DNA of 64,000 bases from an uncultured Bacillales bacterium (lineage in GTDB: Bacteria; Bacillota_I; Bacilli_A; RF39; UBA660): assembly GCA_946534345.1 (NCBI GenBank), contig CAMNCL010000006.1, positions 50 through 64,049 on the forward strand. The letters run 5' to 3'. The notes under the pieces are model-generated. The model was not told the origin of the DNA and did not search any database. It saw nothing but the letters and a program-made list of their open reading frames with translations. Below, one piece after another: positions 19,373 to 27,485 of this stretch (the first letter of the stretch is position 1; the number at the start of each line of letters is the position of its first letter). The translations under genes were made by a program, and so were the position numbers.

Positions 19373-20725
19373 ATGTTAGAAAAAGTATTTAAATTAAAAG
19401 AAAATCATACTAATTTAAAAACTGAGTTTATTGCAGGTCTTACTACTTTTATGGCTATGTCATATATTATCTTTGTAAATCCTGCAGTATTATCACAAAC
19501 TGGAATGGATTATAATGCAGTCTATGGAGCAACAATACTTGCTTCAATTATTGGTACATTAATACTTGCATTATATGCAAATGTTCCATATGCTCAAAGT
19601 GCTGGAATTGGACTAGGTAGTTTATTTACTTATACTTTATGTGGAAGTATGGGTTATACTTGGCAACAAGCTCTAGCAATGGTCTTTATTTGTGCAATTA
19701 TTAATTTAATGATTACACTTACTTCTCTTAGAAAAAAGATTATTACTGCAATACCTATTCATATTCAAGAAGCTATTACTGTAGGTATTGGTTTATTTAT
19801 TACTTATATTGGTTTAAGAAATGCTGGTTTAATTGTCTTCCAAGCAGATGAAGTAACTAAAGGAATGGCTCAAAACGTAGTTCCGATGCTTGCAAATTTT
19901 AATACATCTACAGTACTATTATCAATAGTTGGATTATTAATTACAATTATACTTTTAGTTCGTAAAGTAAAAGGTGCTTATTTAATTAGTATCATTCTAA
20001 CAACAATAATAGGTATTCCAGTTGGAGTAACTACTCTACCTGATTTTTCAAATTATACTATTTTTCCATCACTTGCGCCTACTTTTTTACAACTAGATTT
20101 TGTAGGATTATTTAGTGCTAAAACATCAATTATTGTAGTATTAATGACAATATTTACTTTATGTATATCAGATTTATTTGATTCAATTGGAATATTTATT
20201 GGTACTGGTAAAAAATCAGGTATATTTAAAATTACTAAGGATAATAAATTACCTAGAAAATTAGAAAAAGCTTTAATCGCAGATTCAACAGGAACAGTAT
20301 TTGGATCTTTACTTGGAACTAGTAATGTTACAACATATCTAGAAAGTACTGCTGGTATAGAAGCTGGTGGAAAGACTGGCCTTACTGCTTTCTTTGTAGC
20401 ACTATTCTTTTTCCTAGCTCTATTTATTTCACCAATTATTAGTATGGTTCCAACTGCTGCGGTAGCACCTATCTTAATAATGATTGGAGTATCAATGATA
20501 GAAAACATTGGTTCAATAGATTGGAAAGATATTATTATTGCGATACCTGCATTCTTCATAATAATCTTAATGCCTCTAGCATACTCAATTACTACAGGTA
20601 TTGAAATTGGATTTATCCTATATACATTAATTAATTATGTTACTGGTAATAAAAAAGAAGTATCACCAATCATGGTAATACTATCTATTCTATTTATCAT
20701 TAATATGATATTTACAGCCTTATAG
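19373..20725 (+). CDS. NCS2/AzgA-family purine (adenine/guanine/hypoxanthine) permease
   Basis: 450 aa, polytopic. N-terminus FKLKENHTNLKTEFIAGLTTFMAMSYIIFVNPAVLSQTGMD is typical of PbuG/PbuO-like permeases. Confidence 0.85.
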   Translation: MLEKVFKLKENHTNLKTEFIAGLTTFMAMSYIIFVNPAVLSQTGMDYNAVYGATILASIIGTLILALYANVPYAQSAGIGLGSLFTYTLCGSMGYTWQQALAMVFICAIINLMITLTSLRKKIITAIPIHIQEAITVGIGLFITYIGLRNAGLIVFQADEVTKGMAQNVVPMLANFNTSTVLLSIVGLLITIILLVRKVKGAYLISIILTTIIGIPVGVTTLPDFSNYTIFPSLAPTFLQLDFVGLFSAKTSIIVVLMTIFTLCISDLFDSIGIFIGTGKKSGIFKITKDNKLPRKLEKALIADSTGTVFGSLLGTSNVTTYLESTAGIEAGGKTGLTAFFVALFFFLALFISPIISMVPTAAVAPILIMIGVSMIENIGSIDWKDIIIAIPAFFIIILMPLAYSITTGIEIGFILYTLINYVTGNKKEVSPIMVILSILFIINMIFTAL

Positions 20726-20751
20726 CTATATAAAATTATAGCTGTTTTTTT
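20724..20751 (+). terminator. Intrinsic terminator of the permease gene
   Basis: AGCTATA-TAAAAT-TATAGCT followed by GTTTTTTT. Overlaps the 3' end of the convergent tcdA. Confidence 0.55.
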
Positions 20752-21440
20752 ATGAAATACTTTACTATATAACTACTTATTAATAATCCAGCACTAGATG
20801 GTACAAAAGCAGTACTTCCTGGAGTAGATTCTCCTGTTTTAATTGGTACTTCTTTAGAACTTAAAACTAATATTTTAGAATTAATCTTTTCATCTTTTAC
20901 AAACTTTCTAATAATTCTAGCTAAAGGATCATTAACAGTTTTTCTAATATCAGTTATTTCTAATTTACTTGGATCTAATTTATTACCAGTACCCATACTA
21001 CTAATAAACTTAATCTTTCTTTTTAAGCATTCTTTAATAACAGCTTTCTTAGTAGGAACTGCATCACATGCATCTACAAAGAAATCTATATTATAATCAA
21101 ATAATTCAACTATATTATCTTCATCAATAAACTTTTTTATTTTAATAACCTTACATTCTTTATTTATATCTTTAATTCTTTCTTCAAATACATCAACCTT
21201 ATTTTTACCTATAGTAGAATCAAGTGCAATAATTTGTCTATTAATATTACTCTCATCTATTACATCAAAATCCACTAAAATAAGTGTACCAATACCACTT
21301 CTGGCAAGAGATTCAACTACATAGCCTCCTACTCCCCCACAGCCTAGTATAAGTACACTCTTATTTTTTAAATTATTTAAGTTTTCTTTTCCAATAACTT
21401 TTTCTAATCTAGAAAATTTATTGTCTATATTCACTTTCAT
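20736..21440 (-). CDS. tcdA: tRNA threonylcarbamoyladenosine dehydratase (ThiF/E1-like)
   Basis: LILGCGGVGGYVVESLARSGIGTLILVDFDVIDESNINRQ Rossmann/E1 motif. Equivalent to Bacillus yrvM, near aspS. Confidence 0.85.
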   Translation of the reverse strand: MKVNIDNKFSRLEKVIGKENLNNLKNKSVLILGCGGVGGYVVESLARSGIGTLILVDFDVIDESNINRQIIALDSTIGKNKVDVFEERIKDINKECKVIKIKKFIDEDNIVELFDYNIDFFVDACDAVPTKKAVIKECLKRKIKFISSMGTGNKLDPSKLEITDIRKTVNDPLARIIRKFVKDEKINSKILVLSSKEVPIKTGESTPGSTAFVPSSAGLLISSYIVKYFIKKQL

Positions 21441-22227
21441 CCTTCTTCTTAATTAATTGTTTTGGATTTTGTCTTCTTGAATTAATTAAAGTTAAAGGTT
21501 GATCATAAATTATTTTATTAATATAAGATATCTTTGTATAAATATCAGTATTGCTTTTAGCTCTACTATAATATTTATTTAATTGACGAAATTCACGAGT
21601 ATTTAAATCAGCCATAGCATTTATAGTATCTTGTAGACTTGTTTCTGGAATTGTTGAATCCGCAATTACTGTACATTCAAAATTATTAATGAAATCTAAA
21701 GTCTCACTTAAATCTGCAATTCCTGCTTCTTTAAATAACTGTGGCCATTTAGAAGTATCTCTCTCGTTTCTTACAATTTCTTGTAATTTAGATATTTTTT
21801 CATTTGTTAAATGTTTATCTATTCCTAATTCTTCAAAAGATACGTATCTTCCACGATCTTTTCTACCTGGTATTTCTTTTCTTAAATCTGTTATAGCTTT
21901 ACTATATAACTTATCCAAATTATCGTTTACTTTCTTCGGAGGTTGGGCAACTTCATAAACATCATAGCATGATGAATCAGCTTCTGACTTAGTAGTTACT
22001 AAAAAGCTTCTAGGATGTAATAATGATCTACTTCTAATAAAGTCTACCGCAGCACTTACATCTTTTGAGTCTTTAAAACTAGATTCAGAAAACTTCTCTC
22101 TATTAACTATAATTTCACTTTCTCTTGTTCCTTCTGAATAAACACCTTGTCTTATTTTTGCGGCCCCTCTCAATCTAATGGACACATTCATGACACGGTT
22201 TTTATTTACGATTGGTAAAATCAACAT
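21418..22227 (-). CDS. Hypothetical protein (269 aa)
   Basis: GAGGAG RBS 9 nt before ATG 22227. Overlaps tcdA by 23 nt. No motif recognised. Confidence 0.65.
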   Translation of the reverse strand: MLILPIVNKNRVMNVSIRLRGAAKIRQGVYSEGTRESEIIVNREKFSESSFKDSKDVSAAVDFIRSRSLLHPRSFLVTTKSEADSSCYDVYEVAQPPKKVNDNLDKLYSKAITDLRKEIPGRKDRGRYVSFEELGIDKHLTNEKISKLQEIVRNERDTSKWPQLFKEAGIADLSETLDFINNFECTVIADSTIPETSLQDTINAMADLNTREFRQLNKYYSRAKSNTDIYTKISYINKIIYDQPLTLINSRRQNPKQLIKKKDESEYRQ

Positions 22228-22280
22228 AGTCCCATCTCCTCGTATGCCTTATTTTACCACAAAATGCTCATTTTTGCAAC

Positions 22281-22458
22281 AAAAAAATCAGATAGAACGT
22301 CTTGGGCAAACGATAAAACCTGTCTCATATACAGGTGGGTGTTCGTACGCTATCATTAGGATCCTTAAACTAGTAAGTATTCAACACAAATAGCTGATCG
22401 GAACTCCCTTATCGTTAACTTTGGCGGTTTTATAAGTGCCTGTTCGTATCTATCTGAT
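22281..22458 (-). ncRNA. ssrS: 6S RNA (SsrS/BsrA-like)
   Basis: ~178-nt rod. Closing helices AUCAGAUAGA/UCUAUCUGAU, GGCA/UGCC and AUAAAACC/GGUUUUAU. Inner helices GGGAGUUCCG/CGAACACCC and GCUAU/AUAGC. These flank a large central bubble, and a U-run sits at the 3' end. Has its own promoter. Lies between aspS and tcdA, as Bacillus bsrA does. Confidence 0.78.
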
Positions 22459-22464
22459 AATCTA

Positions 22465-22493
22465 ATTATACTATAAATAAAAATTTATAACAA
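22465..22493 (-). promoter_or_regulatory. Promoter of the 6S RNA gene
   Basis: Minus strand TTGTTA, a 17-nt spacer, then TATAAT. Confidence 0.6.
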
Positions 22494-22511
22494 GTTTTTT
22501 CATCTTTTATA

Positions 22512-22679
22512 TTATCTTATTCTTAAAGTATAATAGCCGATGATTATAAATAATACAAAGAAGAATAATACTAATAAAAATGTATATCTTTTCTCATGAG
22601 CTTTTATTTCTTTAACAGATTCTGATACAGCATTATTACTTTTTCTTATTTTTTTAGAAGTTTTCTTTTTAGTTGCCAT
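22512..22679 (-). CDS. Possible 55-aa tail-anchored membrane peptide
   Basis: My translation: MATKKKTSKKIRKSNNAVSESVKEIKAHEKRYTFLLVLFFFVLFIIIGYYTLRIR. The RBS is weak (GGTG). Below the ORF-track cut-off. Confidence 0.35.
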   Translation of the reverse strand: MATKKKTSKKIRKSNNAVSESVKEIKAHEKRYTFLLVLFFFVLFIIIGYYTLRIR

Positions 22680-22752
22680 ATAATCACCATACCTTATCTA
22701 TATTATATCAAAAAATATAAAAGAAAAAAGTATTTGTTTAAACAAATACTTC

Positions 22753-24492
22753 TTACTTAACACTTATTCCTAATTCTTCTAATTGATATGGTTCAAGTTC
22801 ACTAGGTGCACCCATCATTAAGTCTTGTCCTGATGCACTTGGTGGGAATGCTTGAACTTCTCTTAGATTTGGTTCATCTTTAATTAACATTAAGATTCTA
22901 TCAATTCCAGGAGCCATACCACCATGTGGAGGACATCCATACTTGAAGGCTGTAAAGATTGATCTAAATTTGTTCTCTACATGTGCTCTATCATATCCAA
23001 CTATTTCAAATCCTTTAGCAAGTAAGTCTAAATCGTGGTTTCTAATAGCACCACTAGCCATTTCATTACCATTACATACAAAGTCATATTGATAAGCTAA
23101 AATATCTTCTAAGTTGTTTTTATATGCTTCCTTACCTCCGTGAGGCATACTAAATGGATTATGACAGAAATCCCATTTTTCATTTTCTTCATCATATTCA
23201 AACATAGGGAAATCATTAACAATACATAATTCTAGTCTATCTTTATCAGCTAAGTCTAAGTCAGTAGCAACTTTAACTCTTAAAGCTCCAAGAGCTGGTT
23301 TAACTATTTTTCTATCTCCTGATACAATTAATACTAAGTCATTATCTTCAACAGATAATTCTTTTTTAACTGCAGATATTTCTTTTTCTGATAATACTTT
23401 TACAATACTACCGCTAATTTCTTTATCAAATTTAAGATAAGCTAGTCCTGATGCTTTTCTCTTCTTAACTAAGTCAGTTAATTCATCTAATTTCTTTCTA
23501 GAATATTTATCAGCAGCATTCTTAACTACAATTGCATTAATAATACCCTTAGATTCAATTACACTTTTAAATACACTAAATTCAGTATCTTTAAAAATAT
23601 CAGTAATATCATTAATTAACATATCATATCTTAAATCTGGTTTATCAGTACCATAAGTATCCATTGCTTCTCTAAAAGATATTCTTCTAAATGGCTTTGG
23701 ACTAACTTTCTTATCAGAGAAAGTACTAAATACATCATAGAATATATCTTCTCCAACTTTTAAAACATCCTCTTCTTCAACAAATGACATTTCAAGGTCT
23801 AATTGATAAAACTCTAATGTTCTATCTGCTCTTGGGTCTTCATCTCTAAAGCAAGGAGCTATTTGGAAATACTTTTCAAGTCCTCCAACCATTAATAATT
23901 CTTTATATATTTGAGGAGCTTGAGGTAAAGCATAGAACTTACCCTTAAAGTTTCTAGAAGGTACTACAAAGTCTCTTGCTCCTTCAGGAGATGAAGCAGT
24001 AAGAATTGGAGTTTGTACTTCTATAAATCCTAAATCATACATCTTATTACGTATAAAATGTAATACTTCATTTCTTAATAATAAATTATCTTTTAATTTA
24101 TTTCTTCTAATATCTAAGTAACGATACTTTAATCTAGTATCTTCTAAAGCAGTAGTATCATCTACTATTTCAAAAGGAATATCTTCTGAAGTTGTTAATA
24201 ATTCTACTTCACTAACTTCTAATTCTACTTCTCCAGTAGGAATATTTTTATTCTTACTTTCTCTTTCTACTATCTTACCTACTACTCTAATTACAGATTC
24301 ATTTTTAAATGAAGAAGCAACATCATAGAATTCTTGTTCTGGTCTAATTACTATTTGCATAATTCCACTCTTATCACGAAGATCTATAAATAGTAATCCT
24401 CCTAAGTTTCTTTTCTTTTGAACCCAACCAAATAGTTCTACTTCTTCTCCTACATTTTTTATATTAAATTCACCATTATTAAATTTTTTCAT
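22753..24492 (-). CDS. aspS: Aspartyl-tRNA synthetase
   Basis: 579 aa with class II motifs (FRDEDPRADR, GGMAPGIDRI). Confidence 0.95.
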   Translation of the reverse strand: MKKFNNGEFNIKNVGEEVELFGWVQKKRNLGGLLFIDLRDKSGIMQIVIRPEQEFYDVASSFKNESVIRVVGKIVERESKNKNIPTGEVELEVSEVELLTTSEDIPFEIVDDTTALEDTRLKYRYLDIRRNKLKDNLLLRNEVLHFIRNKMYDLGFIEVQTPILTASSPEGARDFVVPSRNFKGKFYALPQAPQIYKELLMVGGLEKYFQIAPCFRDEDPRADRTLEFYQLDLEMSFVEEEDVLKVGEDIFYDVFSTFSDKKVSPKPFRRISFREAMDTYGTDKPDLRYDMLINDITDIFKDTEFSVFKSVIESKGIINAIVVKNAADKYSRKKLDELTDLVKKRKASGLAYLKFDKEISGSIVKVLSEKEISAVKKELSVEDNDLVLIVSGDRKIVKPALGALRVKVATDLDLADKDRLELCIVNDFPMFEYDEENEKWDFCHNPFSMPHGGKEAYKNNLEDILAYQYDFVCNGNEMASGAIRNHDLDLLAKGFEIVGYDRAHVENKFRSIFTAFKYGCPPHGGMAPGIDRILMLIKDEPNLREVQAFPPSASGQDLMMGAPSELEPYQLEELGISVK

Positions 24493-24501
24493 TATATATC
24501 A

Positions 24502-25869
24502 TTACTCCTTATGACTGCATTTACAGTCTTTTCCACATTTGCATTCATGATCTTCTCCATGATGACCACAATCACATTCATCTAAATCTTCATCTTCCAT
24601 TGAATTTAATTGTTCATCTAAATAATAAATTATTGCATCTAGACTAATTATTTCTTCCTCTTTTGTCTTATTATTTTTAATTTTAATTTCATGGTTGTTT
24701 AAATCTTCACTATTTAATACTGAAACAAATCTAGCATTTAATCTGTCTGCCTTCTTAAATTGTGATTTTAAACTTTTACCATTAAATTCAGTATCTACAC
24801 TAAATCCAGCTTCTCTTAATTCTTTAGCATAGTATAATGCATTCTTTTTCTCATCTTCATTTACATATAAGAAGAACATGTCAATACCATCATCGATTGG
24901 AAGTTCTACTCCTTCTGCTTCTAGTGCATCAACTACTCTTCCTGCACCACTTGCCCAACCAACACCTGGAGTTGGAATTCCATCTAATTGTTCAGCAAGT
25001 CCATTATAACGGCCTCCACCTAATATAACTCTATTTAGACCCATATTAGGATTAGTATCTTCTATTTCAAATACTGTATGATTATAATAATCAAGCCCTC
25101 TAACAATAGTTGGATCAACTTCATAATCCACTCCTAAAACATCTAGATATTCTTGAACTTTTTCAAATCTTTCGCGACTTTCATCATTTAAATAATCTAT
25201 AGTTTTTGGAGCACTTTTCATCAACTTGTTTTCATTATCAACTTTACAATCCAAAATTCTTAAAGGATTCTTATTAATTCTTTCTTTACAATCATCACAA
25301 AATTCATCAATATGAGGTTTAAAATGATTTACTAAAACTTCTCGGTATTTATCACGAGATTCTTTATCACCTAAAGTATTTAGTCTTACTTTTAAGTCTT
25401 TTAATCCTAACATCTTAAAAATTGAAATAGCTAAAGAAATAACTTCTGCATCACTAATTGGATCATCAGAACCTAATACTTCTGCCCCAAATTGAGTAAA
25501 TTCTCTATCTCTTCCTGATTGAGGTCTTTCGTATCTATACATTGTTCCATTATAATAAAATTTCTTAGGTTGAACGGCATCACCATACATTTTATTCTCA
25601 AGATATGCTCTTACTACACAAGCAGTACCTTCTGGTCTGAGAGCAATTCTTCTACCACCCTTATCTAAAAAATCATATGTTTCTTTAGAAACAATATCAG
25701 TACTATCTCCAATTCCTCTATGAAATAATGAAAAATCTTCAAATATTGGAGTTCTAATATACCCATAGTTATATTTTTCCATTACCATATCAACTACTGA
25801 GTCTATATACTTCCATTTTTTTGCAATGTCTCCATAAATATCAATTGTCCCTTTTTGTTTTTGTATCAT
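24502..25869 (-). CDS. hisS: Histidyl-tRNA synthetase with Cys/His-rich C-terminal tail
   Basis: Class II HisRS motifs (RPEGT, YRYERPQSGRDREF, GGGRY). Carries an extra tail DECDCGHHGEDHECKCGKDCKCSHKE. Confidence 0.93.
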   Translation of the reverse strand: MIQKQKGTIDIYGDIAKKWKYIDSVVDMVMEKYNYGYIRTPIFEDFSLFHRGIGDSTDIVSKETYDFLDKGGRRIALRPEGTACVVRAYLENKMYGDAVQPKKFYYNGTMYRYERPQSGRDREFTQFGAEVLGSDDPISDAEVISLAISIFKMLGLKDLKVRLNTLGDKESRDKYREVLVNHFKPHIDEFCDDCKERINKNPLRILDCKVDNENKLMKSAPKTIDYLNDESRERFEKVQEYLDVLGVDYEVDPTIVRGLDYYNHTVFEIEDTNPNMGLNRVILGGGRYNGLAEQLDGIPTPGVGWASGAGRVVDALEAEGVELPIDDGIDMFFLYVNEDEKKNALYYAKELREAGFSVDTEFNGKSLKSQFKKADRLNARFVSVLNSEDLNNHEIKIKNNKTKEEEIISLDAIIYYLDEQLNSMEDEDLDECDCGHHGEDHECKCGKDCKCSHKE

Positions 25870-25880
25870 TTTATCCCTCC

Positions 25881-26064
25881 TAAAATAAAAAGATGGCTAC
25901 CCAAAGGACGAGTTTCCCCGTGGTGCCACCTTATTTTCTACTCTTATTATCTATATCGCGATAAACCGTTGCTTATTACAGGGTGTCTTCATTTCATATT
26001 AATTAAGTATTCGCACCAACCATACTCTCTCTTTTAATCTTTATAAAACTACTCTTCCCCAAGC
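25881..26064 (-). promoter_or_regulatory. T-box riboswitch leader of hisS-aspS (specifier GAC, Asp)
   Basis: Stem I has AAGAGUA on the 5' side and GAAGACA on the 3' side of the specifier loop. T-box core AAGGUGGCACCACGGGG at 25916-25932. Terminator plus U-run just before the hisS RBS. Confidence 0.88.
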
Positions 26065-26103
26065 AGATACATATATTATAATACAAAAAGTCAAATTATA
26101 CAA

Positions 26104-27252
26104 TTATTTCTGTAGTAATTTTAATTCTTTTTGATAACCTTCAGAATACTTTTCTGGATTAACATCATATTTATCTAAAAATTCTTGTGAGAATATTTCA
26201 TCTCTTCTATCAAACATTTCAAGAATCATATCATTATCAAATCCATATTTATCTACCATATCTTTAATAAACATAGAAATAATATCTCCATAAGCATAAA
26301 TATAATTATCTCTAACATCTAATGTACCTACTTCATCAAGTAAATACTTAACTGTTTCTTCAAAACTATCTTTAATTAAAGAATAAATATATTCCATACT
26401 ATACTTTTCATGTTTATGTTTTTTTAACATATCATAGTCAAATAAAGATACAACATAACTAGCAATTAAAGTAGAATATCCATTATATTTAATTCTAATT
26501 AATTCATCTTTCGCGTCCCCTGCATAAATATCATTTTTAATTAAATATTCCATTAATAATCTTTCAAATAATTTAGATGGTACTTCTAAATAGAATGATT
26601 GATGTAAGAACTTATTATATTCTAGAATATCTCCATCGAATTTAGAAAAGTCATATACATGTCCAAATTCATGAACTAGTGTACAAAGTGATGAAACATT
26701 ATATTCTAAATCACCAACAAATACATCAGTATCTCTATTAACTGGATTATGAAGCATGTATCCCCCACAATCAGGTTTTAATTCAGTATCATAGGAATAG
26801 ACACCTACATTTTTTATAAATTTATCAAATTCTTTACCTAATCTTAATTCTTTTAAAAACTCATTAAATATTTCTAAGAATTCTCCTCTAGAAATGTGAT
26901 CATTAAATCCATATTGATTCTCAACCACTTCGTCTAATGGTCCACTAACATCATGAATAATATTTCCAATTAACCATTGATGATATGGTTTATTTTCAAA
27001 GAAATTCTTTAGTATTCTATCATCATCAATAAAAGCTTTTTTATAAAACTTACGATAATTCTTATGACTACCAAAGACATTCTTTTCTGTAGTATATATA
27101 GGAATATGAGCAATAACTCCAATTGCTTCATATATATTAAATATATAATTACCTAAAGCAGCTCTCTCTTCCTTAGACTTAGCCTTTTTTAGCTGTTTAG
27201 TAGCTGTTTCTAATCTTTCAACCAAACTTTCAATATCTTCTGCAATTTCCAT
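26104..27252 (-). CDS. Putative zinc metallopeptidase (HExxH, M3/oligoendopeptidase-like)
   Basis: 382 aa with LVHEFGHVYDF zincin motif. No signal peptide. Confidence 0.6.
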   Translation of the reverse strand: MEIAEDIESLVERLETATKQLKKAKSKEERAALGNYIFNIYEAIGVIAHIPIYTTEKNVFGSHKNYRKFYKKAFIDDDRILKNFFENKPYHQWLIGNIIHDVSGPLDEVVENQYGFNDHISRGEFLEIFNEFLKELRLGKEFDKFIKNVGVYSYDTELKPDCGGYMLHNPVNRDTDVFVGDLEYNVSSLCTLVHEFGHVYDFSKFDGDILEYNKFLHQSFYLEVPSKLFERLLMEYLIKNDIYAGDAKDELIRIKYNGYSTLIASYVVSLFDYDMLKKHKHEKYSMEYIYSLIKDSFEETVKYLLDEVGTLDVRDNYIYAYGDIISMFIKDMVDKYGFDNDMILEMFDRRDEIFSQEFLDKYDVNPEKYSEGYQKELKLLQK

Positions 27253-27485
27253 AATTAGCCCCCTAAAAAAAGAAACTTAACAAGTTTCTTCTTATTATAC
27301 CAAAAATAATTGTTTTTACAAAGAATTATTGAAATATTATTTACTTATCTACAATCGCCGAGCTCTTTCGGCACTCTCGGATATTTTTCTTCGAAAAATT
27401 CCTCGTCTCACAAGCATAGCTTGTTCGGATTCTAGATTACTAGATGCCAGTGGCTTACACCACCGGCCCGCCGGGCTGGCCAGGC

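Noticed and set aside
22178-22393. 71-aa plus-strand track ORF
   Set aside because: It lies antisense across the start of 21418..22227 and across the 6S RNA gene. It has no RBS, and its apparent coding potential is explained by the G+C-enriched structured RNA.
25855-26037. 60-aa plus-strand track ORF
   Set aside because: It lies entirely antisense to the T-box leader of hisS, so the open frame is a by-product of the structured RNA.
27351-27485. G+C-rich segment considered as a known housekeeping RNA (tmRNA, RNase P RNA, SRP RNA, tRNA)
   Set aside because: I could not find the signature motifs of any of these: no tRNA-like acceptor/T-arm, no RNase P GAAAGUCCGG-type P4 region, and no SRP domain IV motif. 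It is kept only as a compositional anomaly.
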